Below are positions 42,775 to 52,930 of a stretch of DNA of 64,000 nucleotides, in pieces (position 1 is the stretch's first letter; each line of letters opens with the position of its first letter). The notes beneath the pieces are model-generated. The model had not been told where the DNA came from and searched no databases. It saw only the letters and a list, made by a program, of their open reading frames with translations. The stretch is taken from the IMG/VR virus record IMGVR_UViG_3300030106_005234; one strand, 5' to 3'. This DNA comes from an uncultured virus (IMG/VR IMGVR_UViG_3300030106_005234). Taxonomy: Duplodnaviria > Heunggongvirae > Uroviricota > Caudoviricetes. The translations under genes and the position numbers were made by a program.

Positions 42775-42804
42775 AAAAAAAGAGGGCCGAAACCCTCTAA
42801 TTTT
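42775..42804 (-). terminator. Intrinsic terminator downstream of the capsid gene
   Basis: AGAGGG stem with a T run on minus. Confidence 0.7.
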
Positions 42805-42892
42805 ATTTTGCTTTAATTTGGTCAGACCAAAAAAAAGCTTAGGTCTTATGAAAACAAGGGCCTAGCAGGCCCTCATTTTGCTTGTAAGAGGC

Positions 42893-43813
42893 TTACGCCC
42901 CTTGCGAACCATAAATGCCACGCCAGTCGGAGAAACCGAAAGAGTAGCGTTCTCTTGCCTTGTAACGGATATTGCCAGTCGTAAAGTCTGGCTCCATGCT
43001 CGTTTCCATGGCTGTTCTTTGGAACATTTTCAGGCCTTCACCTGACTCAGTGACCGTCGTCATCAAGAAGAAAGCGTCAGGGTCATTGAGATAGTGGTTT
43101 ACTGTGTAACCGCCCGGAATGACTCCTGTATTCCTGATTGCGTTCAGGTCATTGTCAGCTGTCCCTACCCGACCTGGCGAGTTGAGGATACGATCAGCCA
43201 CGAACGTGAGCTGCGGCGGAACCACCAGCTTCGTTGCTTGAACTGAAATCGTGAGACCTCTGTCATCAGTGAAAGTAGAAATATCAATCAGAGCATCTTC
43301 GAGACTGGTCTCGTTAAGATCTGCCATGGTTGTTGCCCTGTTCGCAGCAGTTCCACCACCCGCAAGTGGGTGAGCTGTGTTAATCAGAGAAACGCCATCG
43401 CCACCTGTGAATGATGAGCTGAATGCGTTGTTGAGTACATCTGCGCCCTTGACCTCTTTGGTGTGAGCCATAGATTGTGCAAGTGCTTTTACATACCGTT
43501 TACCAAGAGAATCATAGAGATTGTCTTCGATCGCTTCCTCGGTCAGAGCAAAAGCTAACGCGACAGTATCGTGCGTATATCTTGCTGTGAAACCTTCGTT
43601 TGCATTATCGAAAGCAACTCCTGCTCCCTCTGTTTTTGTCGGTGCGCTGCCGAAGCCAGTGATCAAAACTTCTTCCTCAAACGCCCTCTGGCTGTCCTCG
43701 ACAGTGAAGATGTCAGCATACTCCTGACCCCCGTAACTGTCGTATGACATTCCAAACAGGCTGTTGAGTCCGGGTTCCAGCTCCTTGGCTAATTGCGCTC
43801 TTGAAATCGCCAT
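42893..43813 (-). CDS. Major capsid protein
   Basis: MAISRAQLAKELEPGLN..., LVVPPQL, NHYLNDPDAFF, YKARERYSFGFSDWRG; GGAGG RBS; terminator follows. Confidence 0.88.
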   Translation of the reverse strand: MAISRAQLAKELEPGLNSLFGMSYDSYGGQEYADIFTVEDSQRAFEEEVLITGFGSAPTKTEGAGVAFDNANEGFTARYTHDTVALAFALTEEAIEDNLYDSLGKRYVKALAQSMAHTKEVKGADVLNNAFSSSFTGGDGVSLINTAHPLAGGGTAANRATTMADLNETSLEDALIDISTFTDDRGLTISVQATKLVVPPQLTFVADRILNSPGRVGTADNDLNAIRNTGVIPGGYTVNHYLNDPDAFFLMTTVTESGEGLKMFQRTAMETSMEPDFTTGNIRYKARERYSFGFSDWRGIYGSQGA

Positions 43814-43825
43814 TTAATTAACCTC

Positions 43826-44410
43826 CTAAGCTAGCCCGGCGCCTTTCACGCCGAATATATGGTTTTGAATTACAACATATACGTTTGTTGCATCCGATGA
43901 GACATCGTCGTTGTCAGGATCTTCTGAAATGTCGATTGCCTTCACAGACAAGGTCGTTCCAGTGCCACCGTCAGAGACGTTAAGTTCAGCACCTGAAATA
44001 CCAGTTACGGTGCTTCCAGATGATGTATATACAATGTCGAAATTGCCAAACAGGTCAGCTACGGGGAAAGCCGCGTTGCACTGGATCTCAAAAACAACAT
44101 TCGGATCATCAATAACGAAAGCGATAATGTCGCTCGCATTTGTTGATGCGGGATAAAAATTGCTGAACACTTGCTCACTTGTCGTGGGATCTGTGTACAT
44201 ACAACCGTTGAAAACTCCCACGATTGGAACAGTGCCACCATCGGCGTGTACCTCTACACCACCTCCAGTTACCTGTGCAACCATGTCTCCCTGGAAGATA
44301 CTGGTGCCATAATTCGCGGCTATGCGATATCGACTCGTACCACCAGTGTACGGCGCTCCACCAATCATTTTGACTGGTTTCATGCCAAAAGCGGCATCTT
44401 TATTTGCCAT
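43826..44410 (-). CDS. Capsid decoration/minor capsid protein
   Basis: MANKDAAFGMKPV, IFQGD, VGVFNGC, DDPNVVFEIQ; just upstream of the capsid gene. Confidence 0.65.
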   Translation of the reverse strand: MANKDAAFGMKPVKMIGGAPYTGGTSRYRIAANYGTSIFQGDMVAQVTGGGVEVHADGGTVPIVGVFNGCMYTDPTTSEQVFSNFYPASTNASDIIAFVIDDPNVVFEIQCNAAFPVADLFGNFDIVYTSSGSTVTGISGAELNVSDGGTGTTLSVKAIDISEDPDNDDVSSDATNVYVVIQNHIFGVKGAGLA

Positions 44411-44419
44411 GATACACCT

Positions 44420-44899
44420 CTATTGTTTACCGAAGGTTACCTTGGTATCCCTCTGAGGGTCGTATTTGACGTAACGTCCATCTTTCCGTGAATCATTGAA
44501 AACCGTATTGTCTAAGGCTTCCACCTGATCTACGTTTTTCTGTTGATAGTAAGCGTTGCGTTGTTCGACCATCTCGGTGGGAATTTTTCCCAAAATCAAA
44601 CCTTCATTATTTACGATGCCGGTGTCTCTACCTACCTCTGTCGTTGACATGTGTTGCCACTCGGCAGGAAGCTCATCCAATCTTACAAACTCCCAGCCTT
44701 CGCGAGATCGTCTGGAAACATTGGATCTGTCATCTTGCCCCAACATAGCGGTCCTGATCCATCGGTATGTAATACCAGGCGGAGCAGGAGGCGCCTCTAG
44801 GTTTCGTACCGGCCTCCATGGTTTGCTACGAAGTTGATTATCGTGAGCTTCGGATTCACGCGAGTTTCGATTCGCCACTTTTTTTTCGCCAGTTGTCAC
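44420..44899 (-). CDS. Conserved head-module protein
   Basis: PPGITYRWIR, REGWEFV, GLILGKIP. Confidence 0.7.
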   Translation of the reverse strand: MTTGEKKVANRNSRESEAHDNQLRSKPWRPVRNLEAPPAPPGITYRWIRTAMLGQDDRSNVSRRSREGWEFVRLDELPAEWQHMSTTEVGRDTGIVNNEGLILGKIPTEMVEQRNAYYQQKNVDQVEALDNTVFNDSRKDGRYVKYDPQRDTKVTFGKQ

Positions 44900-45831
44900 A
44901 TTGCCTCCCTTTGAGCAATTTTTTGCTTTTCTTGAGCCACCCGCTTTAACCAGTCTTGTTCGGACATGTTGTGCGGTTTAAGCCCTCGAAGGCGCTCGAC
45001 TTCTGACTTTGAAAAAGTCACGCCGTTCTTTTTGCTACGTGTTTGTTGACGACTTCCAACGGAAGCGGAGGCGACTCTTTGCACGGCGGGTCTGCCATCC
45101 CTCTGATCGTCATCCTCACCCACGGACTGCAAGTGCGGGTAAATTTTATAAATTCTATTGTTTAGCTCCCCATAATACTCTTCTGAGTCTGGCTCAAAAC
45201 CCTCGTTGATCAACATGTTATGTTGAAAAAAAGCGTATTGGGTCGCTTCCAAATTAGTGGGATCTTCTTGATCACCATACCACTTGTTATTTTCATACCA
45301 GCCCAAGGCTTCTTGCGTGGGCTGAACCGGCTGTTGTTGAGCTGCAGGTTGATCATAATACGCCTGATCAACAGGTTGAGATTGGGCTTCTTGTTCTCGA
45401 CGGCGCTTGGCCACTTTAATTTTTTCTTTTTGAATACGCAGATCACCTTTCAGGTCATCAGCTTTACTCAATAAATCGGCATCGCCAGCTTCTACGGCAC
45501 GTTTGTACAGGTCAGCGGCTTCACGCTCTTTACCCTCCAGCGCCTCTTCCTCTTTTTGCAAGACGGTGTCTTCTTGCGCTTGATAGTTTTGTTGATAGAG
45601 GTTGAGCTGCTCTTGTTGCTGCCTAGCTATCTGTTCAAAATACGCAGCTCGCTCCTCAGCGGCCTTTACTTGCGCATTTTTTTTGTTGATTCGTTTGCTG
45701 ACGCTGCGCGTATAGTTGTCCAACTCTTCATCAGTATTTGCAGATGACTCGGGTTCGACAGTGCTATCTTCTGCTATATCGATTTCAACGTCGTCGATTT
45801 GGCTCTCTAAGTTTTCGGTGTTTTCTACCAC
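44896..45831 (-). CDS. Capsid scaffolding protein
   Basis: Acidic coiled-coil protein between portal and capsid. Confidence 0.7.
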   Translation of the reverse strand: MVENTENLESQIDDVEIDIAEDSTVEPESSANTDEELDNYTRSVSKRINKKNAQVKAAEERAAYFEQIARQQQEQLNLYQQNYQAQEDTVLQKEEEALEGKEREAADLYKRAVEAGDADLLSKADDLKGDLRIQKEKIKVAKRRREQEAQSQPVDQAYYDQPAAQQQPVQPTQEALGWYENNKWYGDQEDPTNLEATQYAFFQHNMLINEGFEPDSEEYYGELNNRIYKIYPHLQSVGEDDDQRDGRPAVQRVASASVGSRQQTRSKKNGVTFSKSEVERLRGLKPHNMSEQDWLKRVAQEKQKIAQREAM

Positions 45832-45833
45832 GA

Positions 45834-46256
45834 TTACAGGCTCACAATGTCGTCAGGGTTAAGGATTGTTGCTATCACTTCATCATCATTGATTATTCTG
45901 CATTCCGCGTCGTCTTCTAGTTTGAAACGCGAGCCGGCGTAGCGACCAATCATCACCCACTGTTTTTCTTCACACCACGGGGTGGCGCCAAACCGGCTGT
46001 GGTCTTTGTAGCATTCGGGTCCCATTTTGACGACGTAGGCCACAACTGTAGCTAATGCCTCTCGCTCTCTCGTCTCGTTAGTCAGCACAATGCCGCCCTT
46101 ACTGGTTTTTTTTCCCGCATATGGCAAAACCAGCATGCGCCAACCTGTTGGCTGAGGCATACGTTCAATCAAAGATTTATCAAGGATCGTGGGATCTAAG
46201 AATTTGTCGTCGGAATCGACGTAGGCGTCCACAATTTTTGCTGATTCAGGCATCAA
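45834..46256 (-). CDS. groES: Co-chaperonin GroES-like protein
   Basis: PQPTGWRMLV, TSKGGIVL, VVKMGP, RYAG, IINDDEVIA. Confidence 0.88.
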   Translation of the reverse strand: MMPESAKIVDAYVDSDDKFLDPTILDKSLIERMPQPTGWRMLVLPYAGKKTSKGGIVLTNETREREALATVVAYVVKMGPECYKDHSRFGATPWCEEKQWVMIGRYAGSRFKLEDDAECRIINDDEVIATILNPDDIVSL

Positions 46257-46442
46257 TCACAGTTCCTTATTAAACTCCTTCATTTCTTCCTCAATATGAT
46301 ACAACGAAGAAAGTTCGCCTTGCAAAAATTTGTAATGTTCTATACTTTCCAATGCGCCAGACATCAACGTTTCGCTTATCTGAGCTTCTCTTTCCTTGAT
46401 CACTCTCTTGATCTTGTCGTAAAGAATCAGATCATCCATCAA
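46257..46442 (-). CDS. Hypothetical protein
   Basis: 61-aa helical ORF upstream of groES. Confidence 0.65.
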   Translation of the reverse strand: MMDDLILYDKIKRVIKEREAQISETLMSGALESIEHYKFLQGELSSLYHIEEEMKEFNKEL

Positions 46443-46588
46443 GATCGGACTTTAAATTTCAGTCCCTTCGTAGCGGCACCTTTGCCTCGAACGTTGACTA
46501 TCTTTTCCACGCCGGCATTTTTTATTTCGCCATTAACCACTTTAGTTATGGTTTTCTTTTTGAGCTGGTATTTCGTGTATCCTTCCAT
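46439..46588 (-). CDS. Small basic protein
   Basis: VRGKGAATKGLKF motif. Confidence 0.55.
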   Translation of the reverse strand: MEGYTKYQLKKKTITKVVNGEIKNAGVEKIVNVRGKGAATKGLKFKVRS

Positions 46589-46589
46589 A

Positions 46590-46886
46590 TCAAACCCCTT
46601 TCTTAGATGGTCGTCCGCGCTTTTTCGCCGCGGTTTTTTTGGCAACAGGCTTATCTTCCTTTGCGGCCGGTTTTGCCGCTGGTGTAGGCTCCGGGTCAGA
46701 CTCTACAGGCGCAGCCTCGCCTTTTGCGATACGCGCTAACTTCTTCGCTATACGCGCAGCATTTTCAGCCTCAGCTTTTCCTTGTTCCGCTCGTTCCGCG
46801 GACAAAGCCGCGGCCTCAGCTTCGCGCTCAAGTTTTTTCTGAGCCTTGAGTTCTTTAATTGCTTCTCGCTTGTAACTTGTCGTCAT
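46590..46886 (-). CDS. Lys/Ala-rich hypothetical protein
   Basis: GGAG RBS; histone-like C-terminus KKRGRPSKK. Confidence 0.65.
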   Translation of the reverse strand: MTTSYKREAIKELKAQKKLEREAEAAALSAERAEQGKAEAENAARIAKKLARIAKGEAAPVESDPEPTPAAKPAAKEDKPVAKKTAAKKRGRPSKKGV

Positions 46887-46904
46887 GTTGTCTCCGTGGA
46901 CTCC

Positions 46905-49391
46905 CTACCTCATCTTTTGTTCTAATTCGATGAGCTTGAGATCAGCTTGCTGTTGCAGCCGTTGTAATGCGACATCCAGCTTATCATCGGCTACATTTTT
47001 TTGCACTTTTATACGCGCTCGCTGAATCTCATTTTCCAATAACTTTTCTTCGGCACGTTGATTTTGCTTCGCTTCAAACTGCGCCTGCTCTTGGTCAAGC
47101 TCTTGTCCCTTTAAGTCAACTTCTGCTTTTCTAATCTCAACCAACGGGTCTTCAGATCCTTGCCCTATTGATTGTAAAAACTCTGCACTTAACTGAGCCA
47201 TGATTGGTGCCGCAAATTGATCTAGCAGCATTTGAATTTGTTGTGCAGCTTGCTGTTGTTGATCAACAGGCATTTGCTGCAGTCCTTGCTGCGCTTGCGT
47301 GATCCTTTCCATCGTTTCGGGCGGCATTTGTTCTTGCGCCATTTGAGAGGCTAAAAATTGAAGATGCTGCATTACATGACTGATAACCATCGCCTGTATT
47401 TGCGGGTTTTCTTTGACTACCTGCGTCAAAAAAACAGCCCGATGCGTCTCAACATGTGCGGTATGATTTTGACCTTCAAAGGCTTGAGCTGGCTGACCCA
47501 TGAAAAACCCACTGTTTTCTAAACCAGCATCAATGGGCTGCGGGGTCATGTCTGGAGGCGGTTGTAACAAACTTTCGACGTTGTCTATGCCCAAGGCGCC
47601 GTACATCCGCCGGTAAGCCTCGTAAATTCCGTTTGGCCCATGAACCTCTGGGTTCGACTGAACCATCTGCAGAAGTTCTTGAGCCAGCGTGATACGTTGA
47701 CTTTGGGAAAAAATATTTGGATCTGAAACAGGAATAACGTCGATGCGATCGTCAAAGTCCGCTTGTTTGATTTGCCTGGGGCCAGTGCCTGTCTCGTAGG
47801 CGTATTCCGGTGGCAGGTACTCACCAAATAACTTTGACAGCAATTGAAACTCAATTCGCTGCGCGTAGTGCAATCTTTTGTGGATTGCGCTCATAACTTT
47901 CGTGCCACGCTCCAGAAGCGCAACAGTCGTCCCAACGGGCATCGCTTGATTCATGTCGCCAACGTTCATGTCGGCAATCGAGGCAAACCGCTTGCCGGAC
48001 TCAACGAGTATGCCTAGTAGGCTCATCAGGACATTGCTTGGCTCTTTGATGGGCAGCGGTATTAAGTTTTCTCGCAGGGATCCGCCCGTAGTGTCTATGT
48101 CCCTAAACTCACCAGGCTGTAGCGGCTCATCTTCATCACGTATTCGCATGCCCCTGGCCTTAAAACCAGCTGGCAAATTGGCCAATGTCCCTGCATCAAT
48201 CAGCTGCCGCAATATCGAGGTCGATGCCTTTGAAAGACCGCCGATCATGTGACTCAAGCCTAATCCGTAAAATCCAAGACCTGGCAGGAACTTGTATTGC
48301 ACGAAATAGTTGATTTTATTTTTGTACGGGTCAGCCTCCACATAGTTGCGCCGGATTGCCAGCACGGTTTGAGATGACTCATCTATCGTAACGATGTAGG
48401 GGAGTTTAAGGCCAGTTTCTTTGCCTTCACCGTCTTTATCCTCGAAGCCTGCCAGATCCAAAATCGTATGTACTTCGTAGACAGTGTGATCCCTATCTTC
48501 GGCGTAAGAAGGGGCCAGCCCTTCTATCTCATCTATTTCTTTTTGAACATCATCATCGTCGGGATCATAAGAGCTAGATTTAAGATCTACATCAGCGTAG
48601 AAGCCAGAAAGCTGTTGTTTCTTTATCTCGTTGCGCGACATGTTTATCGCATGCGTTACTCTTTCCGCGCTGCTAATGTCGGTCGCCTCGTAGGGCACGA
48701 TTAAATCTTCTGGCGATACAAACTTGGAAACAGCTCGATTTAGTACGTTGTCGTAGTAAATCTTTTTGAAGGCAGAACCTGCTAGCGGCAGGTAAAACAA
48801 CAACATATCCAGTTCGGGGTCGTATTCCTGCATAACATTCAAGATGTAGAAGTTCATGAACTCCTGCACCCGATCAGCTTGCGCCTCTGTTTCTGCGGTT
48901 CTTTGCCCAACCAGTTGTGTTTTTACAGGCCCTTTGGCTGGCAGCATTTCCTTATAGGCTTGCGCTTGAAACTGTGTGACAGCTTCCGCAAGTATGGGGT
49001 GGATCACCCCGCTAGATCCTTCAAAAGGTTCGGATCTAGACTCATCAAATTTCATACCCAGATATTTGAGGCCCTCGACATAAGTCTTCTCCCACTCACT
49101 GCGAGACTCTTTGTCGTGTCGAATGCTAGATAAAATATCGCCAGATAAACTTTGTAGCTCGCTATCGTCCACAAACTCTACAAGATTAGCGTCGAAAGCC
49201 GCCCGGTCAGCTTGTGGCTCTTCTGCGTCGATTTCATCATCAACCAGGATGCCCTCTTCGGTAACCAGTATCTCGGCAGCTTCGCGGATCTGGTCTTGTC
49301 TCGTAGGCTCCGGAAAAACCTCGATCGCATTACCTCCCACTTGAATGTCTGGGTTGTCTTGCGTGCCTAATTGTCGTTTTTCGATAGCCAT
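46905..49391 (-). CDS. Portal protein
   Basis: Follows terL; HPILAEAVTQFQA, LAGSAFKKIYYD, GFYGLGL, QLIDAGTLAN; Gln-rich barrel-like C-terminus. Confidence 0.88.
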   Translation of the reverse strand: MAIEKRQLGTQDNPDIQVGGNAIEVFPEPTRQDQIREAAEILVTEEGILVDDEIDAEEPQADRAAFDANLVEFVDDSELQSLSGDILSSIRHDKESRSEWEKTYVEGLKYLGMKFDESRSEPFEGSSGVIHPILAEAVTQFQAQAYKEMLPAKGPVKTQLVGQRTAETEAQADRVQEFMNFYILNVMQEYDPELDMLLFYLPLAGSAFKKIYYDNVLNRAVSKFVSPEDLIVPYEATDISSAERVTHAINMSRNEIKKQQLSGFYADVDLKSSSYDPDDDDVQKEIDEIEGLAPSYAEDRDHTVYEVHTILDLAGFEDKDGEGKETGLKLPYIVTIDESSQTVLAIRRNYVEADPYKNKINYFVQYKFLPGLGFYGLGLSHMIGGLSKASTSILRQLIDAGTLANLPAGFKARGMRIRDEDEPLQPGEFRDIDTTGGSLRENLIPLPIKEPSNVLMSLLGILVESGKRFASIADMNVGDMNQAMPVGTTVALLERGTKVMSAIHKRLHYAQRIEFQLLSKLFGEYLPPEYAYETGTGPRQIKQADFDDRIDVIPVSDPNIFSQSQRITLAQELLQMVQSNPEVHGPNGIYEAYRRMYGALGIDNVESLLQPPPDMTPQPIDAGLENSGFFMGQPAQAFEGQNHTAHVETHRAVFLTQVVKENPQIQAMVISHVMQHLQFLASQMAQEQMPPETMERITQAQQGLQQMPVDQQQQAAQQIQMLLDQFAAPIMAQLSAEFLQSIGQGSEDPLVEIRKAEVDLKGQELDQEQAQFEAKQNQRAEEKLLENEIQRARIKVQKNVADDKLDVALQRLQQQADLKLIELEQKMR

Positions 49392-49421
49392 ATTTTGCAA
49401 TACTATCACTTACGCCCCGAT

Positions 49422-50903
49422 TTAATAATAAACGGAACGTTTCCGTGGCAGTAAATCCGCCTCCATTTGGTAGTCCTGGTCAAGCGATACGAACCCGCCT
49501 TGTCTAAATCTCATCAGCGCCATGGTCGCAGAGTCGCAATAGTCGTCGTGATCTCCATACGGGAAAGATGCCATTTCTTCAATCACCTCTCCTGCAAAAT
49601 TATCCTCAGTCGCCCAAACCATGCCTGATTCAAATATTGGCGCGACAGAGTTCATCCGGGCTATCTTATCTTGACCCCGACTAGGCGTGTAAGATGTAAC
49701 AGGTATTCCCATGCGACGTAGTTCTTGAGTAAGCGGTGTACCACTCGCTTTCGCCTCAATCAGGATACAATCAGGCTCCCAGTATTTATATTCTTCCCAC
49801 GCCAATTTTTTAAGTTCTGGAAAGTCAACTCGTACCCGCTTGGCATCGAGCAGAATGATTTGGTCGGCCTCGCCATCAGATGGGCTAAATATGGCCCAGG
49901 TAGTAATTGCGGAGTAGTCAGCTGTTTCTTTTTTGCTGAAAGCCGTATCGTAACTTTGAATGACGTAACTATATGCTGGCACCTCGCCTTCCCACGTCTG
50001 CCACCACTCTCGCTTGACGATCGATCCTTCTTCCGCGGTTGGGTTTTGCAGCCATTGCGAGTTCCATTTTGAAACCGGAAGAGAAGCCTTGACTGACAAT
50101 AGCTCTTCTTTTTTCCAAAACTCTGGCCACAAGGGCGTATCGGTTTCCGGCATGATCGCAGGGAATTCTACTACCTCCCACTGATCAGCGTTTTCCTCGC
50201 CCTGTTTTTTCAAAACCTTGCCCACCAGATCTTTGGTAGACCATCGCGTCATGACAATGATGATGATGCCGCCAGGTTGAAGCCGTTGTCGTGGACCGGA
50301 GGTATACCACTCGTAAGCACTCTCCAGGGCGGTGGGTGACATGGCATCTTGCTCAGAATGCGGATCGTCAATGATCAATAGATCAGCGCCTCGCCCAGTT
50401 ATAGCGCCTCCGACACCAGCTGCAAAGAATTCACCATCTTGGTTGCTGGTCCACCTACCAGCAGATTTGTTGTCGGCCTGCAACTTGAGATCCGGGAATA
50501 TGGTGTTGTACTCTTGGCTGTCAATTATGTTTCTGACTTTACGGCCGAACCGAACCGCAAGTTCTGCGGTGTGGGTTGTTTGGATGATTTTGAGATTTCC
50601 GCGAAGACCCATCATCCAACTTGGAAAATACGTAGAGGCAAATTCGCTTTTGGAGTGCCGCGGCGGCAAACAAACAATAAGTCTTTTTAGCTTGCCTTGC
50701 GCAATGCGATTGAATTTCTGCCCGATAATCTTGTGGTGACGCCCCTCTACAAAATCAGGCCAGAGATGTTTTATGTAAGCGATAAAATCTTTCTGGCAGT
50801 CCTCTTGCTTCTTGAGCTGCTCGAATCTGTTGAGTAACGCAATCGCTTCTGCCTGGTCCTGCTGCGACAGAATGTCGAAGTCCTTGATGGACAGCTCAGA
50901 CAT
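49422..50903 (-). CDS. terL: Terminase large subunit
   Basis: PPRHSKS Walker A, LLIIDDPH Walker B, MTRW, SYDTA, IEAKASG, HDDYCDS. Confidence 0.95.
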   Translation of the reverse strand: MSELSIKDFDILSQQDQAEAIALLNRFEQLKKQEDCQKDFIAYIKHLWPDFVEGRHHKIIGQKFNRIAQGKLKRLIVCLPPRHSKSEFASTYFPSWMMGLRGNLKIIQTTHTAELAVRFGRKVRNIIDSQEYNTIFPDLKLQADNKSAGRWTSNQDGEFFAAGVGGAITGRGADLLIIDDPHSEQDAMSPTALESAYEWYTSGPRQRLQPGGIIIIVMTRWSTKDLVGKVLKKQGEENADQWEVVEFPAIMPETDTPLWPEFWKKEELLSVKASLPVSKWNSQWLQNPTAEEGSIVKREWWQTWEGEVPAYSYVIQSYDTAFSKKETADYSAITTWAIFSPSDGEADQIILLDAKRVRVDFPELKKLAWEEYKYWEPDCILIEAKASGTPLTQELRRMGIPVTSYTPSRGQDKIARMNSVAPIFESGMVWATEDNFAGEVIEEMASFPYGDHDDYCDSATMALMRFRQGGFVSLDQDYQMEADLLPRKRSVYY

Positions 50904-50904
50904 T

Positions 50905-51324
50905 TTATTGATATTCGCCCGTGCGAATCATCTCGGTGACTTCAACGGCCCGGTTACCAACCTGCTGGCTCCACCGACTGTCCATGAACTCATTGGCAGC
51001 AACGTCGTATTGTCCGTGCGCCATCGCCTCTAGGGCGTTCACAAAACTCCGCAGTCTGGTCAAGCCAAGATTAAAGGCAATATCAATCATCGCATCACGT
51101 CGGGCTTCATCAAGATCCGAAAACCAAGGGAAGCTTCTGCCTAACTCGTTTTGCACGCGCTCGATGTCGTTAATCAAAAGAAAATCGACCTCATCTTTTG
51201 ACAGGCCAAGCCCACCCTCGCTTATGTTTCTGCCAACCCCAATGGTTTCGTAACCCTCGCTGCACATGTACACCTTATAGCGAACGCCTTCATGCAGTCT
51301 CAGCATTTCGATCAGTTTACTCAT
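50905..51324 (-). CDS. Endolysin, GH24 lysozyme
   Basis: LHEGVRYKVY...TIGVGRN, FNLG, DSRWSQQVGNRA. Confidence 0.9.
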   Translation of the reverse strand: MSKLIEMLRLHEGVRYKVYMCSEGYETIGVGRNISEGGLGLSKDEVDFLLINDIERVQNELGRSFPWFSDLDEARRDAMIDIAFNLGLTRLRSFVNALEAMAHGQYDVAANEFMDSRWSQQVGNRAVEVTEMIRTGEYQ

Positions 51325-51704
51325 TTCTCCCTCGACACATGATTGACCTTCTCATATGAGCGCATCGCGCCAAGACCCAACATGCCCATCATCACGGGCA
51401 CTAGCAGCGTTGTGTCAACCTCTGGAACCTCGATCCAAATAGAGAGGACATTGGCAATGATCGTGTTGTATAGCAGCCCGAGCATACACACCCACCCGAT
51501 AGCGGGTCGCCATCCAGCCACAAATAGCGACTTGTGAGCAGCCTCAACTTTGTTGATCTCCAACTGGCCTTTTAGTGCTTCGTGAGCATGTCGCTCCGAC
51601 ATCGTCGCGATCTCATGGGCCAAAGCATTTTTCTGATCTTTATCCTCGATAAATTTATCGAGCAAGCCAGACACCGGGCCTATCAATGCGTTGACAATGC
51701 TCAT
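51321..51704 (-). CDS. Holin (3TM, GTA-holin-like)
   Basis: FVAGWRPAIGWVC, GMLGLGAMRSYEK. Confidence 0.82.
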   Translation of the reverse strand: MSIVNALIGPVSGLLDKFIEDKDQKNALAHEIATMSERHAHEALKGQLEINKVEAAHKSLFVAGWRPAIGWVCMLGLLYNTIIANVLSIWIEVPEVDTTLLVPVMMGMLGLGAMRSYEKVNHVSREK

Positions 51705-52036
51705 TTACCATTACCTCTATTTGACCATGCTTGCGCCCCGAAGAACGCCGCCAAAATACCAGCGACACTTACAAAGTAGACTGATGCCATATCACCTAAA
51801 ATGCTTGCTGCCTGCACAAGACCAGCCCAACTGCTTGCCACCACCAACGATGGATATAAGAGCATTCCCCACAAAGCAAACCAACTCATGCTACGCTGAG
51901 CCTGCGCTCTTTCATTGCTAATTTTTAGCTCTTGTAGTTCTTTGCTTGTCTCAAGCTCTTCATCAGACACTACGCCATCGCCATCAGCATCGTAGTCAGC
52001 GTAGTCAGAATTCGGTTCTAGTTTTTTTGCATTCAT
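51701..52036 (-). CDS. Two-TM membrane protein with EF-hand-like loop (holin-like)
   Basis: DADGDGVVSDEE plus two hydrophobic helices. Confidence 0.6.
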   Translation of the reverse strand: MNAKKLEPNSDYADYDADGDGVVSDEELETSKELQELKISNERAQAQRSMSWFALWGMLLYPSLVVASSWAGLVQAASILGDMASVYFVSVAGILAAFFGAQAWSNRGNGK

Positions 52037-52506
52037 AATTTTATGTAGACGTAAATTACGGCCATCACTAAACACCATGTCACAAAAGCAATAAATGTAT
52101 ATAACCCAAACTCTTTGAGTTGCTTTCTGCGCTTTTGTTTCGCCAACTTCAGCTCCCTGACAGCACGTTCGTGTGCCGCTTTAGAATCCTCGATGCGCTT
52201 CATGATCTCGTTGAACTGATGCGCTTGCCCACTCATTAGGCAAGCATCCCTCAATTGTTGGATCAGGGTCTCACTTTGGCGCTTCGCCACTTGGAGCTGC
52301 ATGGAATCGCGCACACTCAGAATGCCAGCTTTAGATTTTTCAACCTCCTGAATCTTTTGCTGAACCTCGTCATACTGACCTAACAAGTTTGCTAAGCTGC
52401 CAGCATTCGCTCCTGATTCTCTGATCGTTGCCAGCGACTCGTTTAGGCTACGAAGGGTGCTTAACACACCTGTGACTACTGCGACCGATTCTCCTAAACC
52501 GAACAT
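52033..52506 (-). CDS. Coiled-coil protein with C-terminal TM helix
   Basis: 157-aa ORF in the lysis region. Confidence 0.6.
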   Translation of the reverse strand: MFGLGESVAVVTGVLSTLRSLNESLATIRESGANAGSLANLLGQYDEVQQKIQEVEKSKAGILSVRDSMQLQVAKRQSETLIQQLRDACLMSGQAHQFNEIMKRIEDSKAAHERAVRELKLAKQKRRKQLKEFGLYTFIAFVTWCLVMAVIYVYIKL

Positions 52507-52508
52507 TG

Positions 52509-52718
52509 TTACTTCCAGATCAACGGTGTGTCACTCGCAACCTTTCGAGGTTCACACCATGCGGTTATTTCGACTTGGCTTTTTCTGTTTTTGTGGGGCT
52601 GTGCCACCTCCTTAGCGTAATCGTTACATATCTTTACGGATGCGAATAACGGCTCATCGCCTCGGTTGACGATAAGCACGCCATCGACCATGACCATCAA
52701 TGCAAATGCGAGTGTCAT
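52509..52718 (-). CDS. Hypothetical protein
   Basis: Coupled ORF, hydrophobic N-terminus, two Cys. Confidence 0.55.
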   Translation of the reverse strand: MTLAFALMVMVDGVLIVNRGDEPLFASVKICNDYAKEVAQPHKNRKSQVEITAWCEPRKVASDTPLIWK

Positions 52719-52927
52719 ACATAGACATCGTGGGTACTTTGTGACAATCCAATGTTGCTGACCTTCAATTGAGAGCCTTGCAACTCGTACAGCGTAGCTT
52801 CTTGCACCTGGGTAACGCGCTTAACTGGCTTGCCACTAGATGCAGAAATTAGTTCTTCAATTTTATTATTGGCCACCTGCTTCCATGCGACGGCAGGAGG
52901 TTGAGACACGGGATCAATCGTAGCCAT
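52715..52927 (-). CDS. Hypothetical protein
   Basis: Coupled ORF. Confidence 0.55.
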   Translation of the reverse strand: MATIDPVSQPPAVAWKQVANNKIEELISASSGKPVKRVTQVQEATLYELQGSQLKVSNIGLSQSTHDVYV

Positions 52928-52930
52928 ACC

